DNA from: an uncultured virus (IMG/VR IMGVR_UViG_3300019132_000039)
Taxonomy: Duplodnaviria > Heunggongvirae > Uroviricota > Caudoviricetes
Length of the DNA: 60,366 nt
Reading direction: 5' to 3' (one strand)
IMG/VR virus record: IMGVR_UViG_3300019132_000039
Within the stretch, counting starts at the first letter, position 1, and every line of letters begins with the position of its first letter. The notes under the pieces were generated by a model that saw only the letters and a program-made list of their open reading frames with translations, had not been told where the DNA came from and ran no database searches. The translations under genes were made by a program, and so were the position numbers. Positions 57,870 to 60,366 of this stretch are shown in pieces.

Positions 57870-58340
57870 TTACACTTGTCCCATGACTTTTTTCTTTCTT
57901 TCAATATGTTCCTTTCGATTTTGCAAGATTTCACTTGCCTTTGCTTCTGCGTATTCCATATAATTAAACATCCATTCTTCTTTTGGAATAGATGGATTTG
58001 CAAGCTCATGCATGTCCATAATCCGTTTGATGCTTGCTTCAATGGCTTTTTCGTCCTCTGATAGTGCAAGTCCATTGAGCTTTTTCTCCATTAAACGAAG
58101 ATGACCAAGTAGAATAAACTCTAACACGGAAGCTCCCTGATTTGGATTCACTTTATCAGAAGCCATTCTAAATAAAATGGCATTGACTTTGGCTTGTTCT
58201 TCTGGAGACAATTCATGAAAGTTTTCTGCATTAATTTCACCAAAGCGAATTTGGGACTCCAATATCCATTCTTGTTTTACTTCATCAGATACTAAGTTAA
58301 TACGTTGTCTTGCCATTTTCTTTTTCCTCCTTATGACCAT
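57870..58340 (-). CDS. Hypothetical protein (start probably MARQ at 58316)
   Basis: ORF downstream of the fibre-like genes; AAGGAGG RBS. Confidence 0.6.
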   Translation of the reverse strand: MVIRRKKKMARQRINLVSDEVKQEWILESQIRFGEINAENFHELSPEEQAKVNAILFRMASDKVNPNQGASVLEFILLGHLRLMEKKLNGLALSEDEKAIEASIKRIMDMHELANPSIPKEEWMFNYMEYAEAKASEILQNRKEHIERKKKVMGQV

Positions 58341-59329
58341 GTCAATCCATAGTTTAATAGCTGAACGTTCGCAGGAAGTTCTGCTTTTAATACTAGTTGT
58401 TTATCAGCCGGTGACTTTGCCGTGAAATAAAAGAGCGTTTCCGGCTGAATGGGTTCAAACGTATTCCCGCCATCCCGGGACAAAAAATAAGAGCCTTTAA
58501 TGTCTGTCACAGATTCATAAATTTCAATTTCACTAATGGCTTGATCATATGCCCCAGAAGGTCGAATAATTTTAATTTCTGTGGCATCCATAGGTGTCAG
58601 ATCAATTATCCACGGATTACTTGAACTAATGTTATTAGTTGTTGAAGCTATTTTTGTCCCATTTACCCATAATTCGGCTCCCCTTAAATAGTAAGTGTTA
58701 TTGCTGTATACTACTACTTTTTGTATTTTCCTAGGAGATGCATAGGTAAACACTACTCCTTGATTAGTTTGGGAACCATCATCCCAAGCATAGTTGGTTT
58801 TATCCCCGTCTACCAAGGAACGACCGGATACAAATGTTCCTCCAATTCCGGTGATGACAGCTTGATTGGCAATATTTGCTCCTTCACTTCTTTCTTCAAC
58901 AGTTAATACCACTTTGTTAGGCACAGTATCGGTTGGTTCTATTTTTGTCGTAATCATATAGGAACTAGCTTTACTAGCTTTTAATAACCCGTTGATTGCA
59001 TCATGTGTATATCCAGAGCTTTTGGCCGTGTCAATACCGCTTAAATCTAACAAATCATCAAACATCATATTATGCATTTTATACTTCATACTTTTGGCTA
59101 CGGCATTAAGTTTTGCATGAGCTTTCATGATATTAATAGTGTTATTGATAATAAGTTTATCAGCTTGTGCAACAACCGATTGAATCTCTTTTTCGATATG
59201 ATCGATACGTCCTTTAAGATGTGACGAAGTACCTTGTACACCCAATCCTAATACCTCTTTTCGGGTGTAAGATTCTTGTTTAGCGGCTTTGGATGCTATA
59301 CCGTATGAAATGATATCCATTTGTCTCAC
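58331..59329 (-). CDS. Putative tail/fibre protein with discoidin-like domain
   Basis: LVDGDKTNYAW...ISEIEIY; C-terminal SRDGGNTF...L.LKAEL module. Confidence 0.55.
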   Translation of the reverse strand: MRQMDIISYGIASKAAKQESYTRKEVLGLGVQGTSSHLKGRIDHIEKEIQSVVAQADKLIINNTINIMKAHAKLNAVAKSMKYKMHNMMFDDLLDLSGIDTAKSSGYTHDAINGLLKASKASSYMITTKIEPTDTVPNKVVLTVEERSEGANIANQAVITGIGGTFVSGRSLVDGDKTNYAWDDGSQTNQGVVFTYASPRKIQKVVVYSNNTYYLRGAELWVNGTKIASTTNNISSSNPWIIDLTPMDATEIKIIRPSGAYDQAISEIEIYESVTDIKGSYFLSRDGGNTFEPIQPETLFYFTAKSPADKQLVLKAELPANVQLLNYGLTWS

Positions 59330-59332
59330 CTC

Positions 59333-60366
59333 TTAAACCCAAGAATATGACAGTCCATGCAGTTCTTGACCATTTGAAAGAACTGCTTTTACACGTAATT
59401 TGGTTCCTTCTGGTAAGTCATCTAATTGAGTGAGAGTATCTGGCCGGATTTCTTTCCAAGTGGCTCCATCATCTCGAGAAACATAGAGTTTTGGTTGTTC
59501 GCTTTTTAGCAATTCACATTCAGCAGAAATCGATTGAATACTTGGAGTATTAGTATAGGCATCAATATACCCATCGATTCCCCTAAATACAGGAGTTTCA
59601 TTTTGATTTTCAGTCCACATACATACAGCAATATAAAATGGAACATTGCGATATGGAGCTAGATCGATTTCATTTAACGACTCGACTTGTTCTTTGGTCA
59701 TTCCTTGATTACGAATATTTTCAAGAGAAACCACTTCCCATGAACGTGTAGTCAAGTTATAAGATTTCCAGTTGGTTTTATCGGTTGAGAATAAAAATCT
59801 CATACCGGTTTGAGAAGGAATTTGAACCTTTAAAATTAACTTATATAGATCAAGAGAACGACAAGCTACAATCAAATTTGTAGGAACATTTGTTGGGAAA
59901 ATTTTTTGGATAGACACTCCGATAGGATCTGTAATGGAAATTTTGATTGGAGTTAGCCTATTGTTAGTCGTTCCATCCCCTAATTGTCCAACGTTGTTAT
60001 ACCCCCAACCATATAAATCGAGTGTTAATTTGATTCCGTAAGAGGTAGATCCCGCTATTATCACTTGTTTCCAATCTGTATCTGCTCCAATTCGAGTAGG
60101 AGTGGTTCTAGTAGCAGTCGTTCCATCCCCTAATTGTCCAACGTTGTTATACCCCCATGCCCACAGACTTCCATTATTTTTAATAGCAACTGCATGTTGG
60201 TATCCTACCTCTACTTGTTTCCAATCTGTATCTGCTCCAATTCGAGTAGGAGTGGTTCTACTAGTAATCGTTCCATCCCCTACTTGTCCATTGGCGTTAT
60301 ACCCCCATGCCCACAGACTTCCATCATTTTTAATAGCAACTGTATGATGGTTTCCTGCTGCTACTT
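59333..60366 (-). CDS. RCC1/BLIP-II-repeat beta-propeller fibre-like protein (5' end outside the window)
   Basis: The frame is open to the window edge; repeats VAAG..H.VAIK.DGSLWAWG.N..GQ.GDGT; the ORF-track start at 60064 is an internal GTG. Confidence 0.85.
   Translation of the reverse strand, partial: VAAGNHHTVAIKNDGSLWAWGYNANGQVGDGTITSRTTPTRIGADTDWKQVEVGYQHAVAIKNNGSLWAWGYNNVGQLGDGTTATRTTPTRIGADTDWKQVIIAGSTSYGIKLTLDLYGWGYNNVGQLGDGTTNNRLTPIKISITDPIGVSIQKIFPTNVPTNLIVACRSLDLYKLILKVQIPSQTGMRFLFSTDKTNWKSYNLTTRSWEVVSLENIRNQGMTKEQVESLNEIDLAPYRNVPFYIAVCMWTENQNETPVFRGIDGYIDAYTNTPSIQSISAECELLKSEQPKLYVSRDDGATWKEIRPDTLTQLDDLPEGTKLRVKAVLSNGQELHGLSYSWV
59967..60366 (-). repeat. 150-bp tandem DNA repeats encoding RCC1 blades
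   Basis: Units 60215-60364 and 60065-60214 are 135/150 identical; a further 41-bp exact copy sits at 59967-60007. Confidence 0.9.

Noticed and set aside
1087..60347. Numerous 60-120 aa + strand and nested ORFs in the ORF track
   Set aside because: They are antisense or alternate-frame shadows of longer, well-supported minus-strand genes, without recognisable motifs; only 6801-7877 is accepted
59967..60366. Calling a bona fide diversity-generating retroelement
   Set aside because: No reverse transcriptase or template repeat in the window, and synonymous adenines are invariant; kept only as a hypothesis
1..60366. tRNA, rRNA, integrase or IS elements
   Set aside because: None recognised by eye, and the intergenic gaps are short and mostly explained; a tRNAscan/Infernal run would be needed to exclude small RNAs

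Overview
This AT-rich 60-kb window looks like part of a large Bacillaceae-type phage or phage-plasmid genome. Almost every gene is on the minus strand. Positions ~30.6-60.4 kb hold a late/virion module: very large paralogous structural proteins, PA14, thrombospondin-like, FN3 and discoidin-like domains, a permuted NlpC/P60 protein and a partial RCC1-repeat fibre-like gene. Positions ~0.2-30.4 kb hold replication, nucleotide-metabolism and host-interaction genes: Rad52/Sak annealing protein, AEP primase, DnaB-like helicase, class II RNR, dCMP deaminase, dUTPase, guanylate kinase-like protein, RusA-like resolvase, a sigma factor, two Cas4-like nucleases, a subtilisin, RemA, a Tad2/DUF2829 protein, holin and amidase endolysin. 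DNA polymerase III alpha (dnaE) is split by two group I introns whose splice sites can be read from the sequence (8840-10152 and 6752-8159). One carries a LAGLIDADG gene in L1; the other carries a Vsr/EDxHD-like endonuclease antisense to the intron, the only complete + strand gene. Notable unexplained signals are a recurrent TGTAATGCATTACA operator-like palindrome, an MEL(V/I)xxYL-like N-terminus shared by unrelated ORFs, RCC1 repeats that differ only at non-synonymous sites, and a 25-bp mRNA stem before the helicase. All product calls come from motif recognition by eye; no database searches were run.
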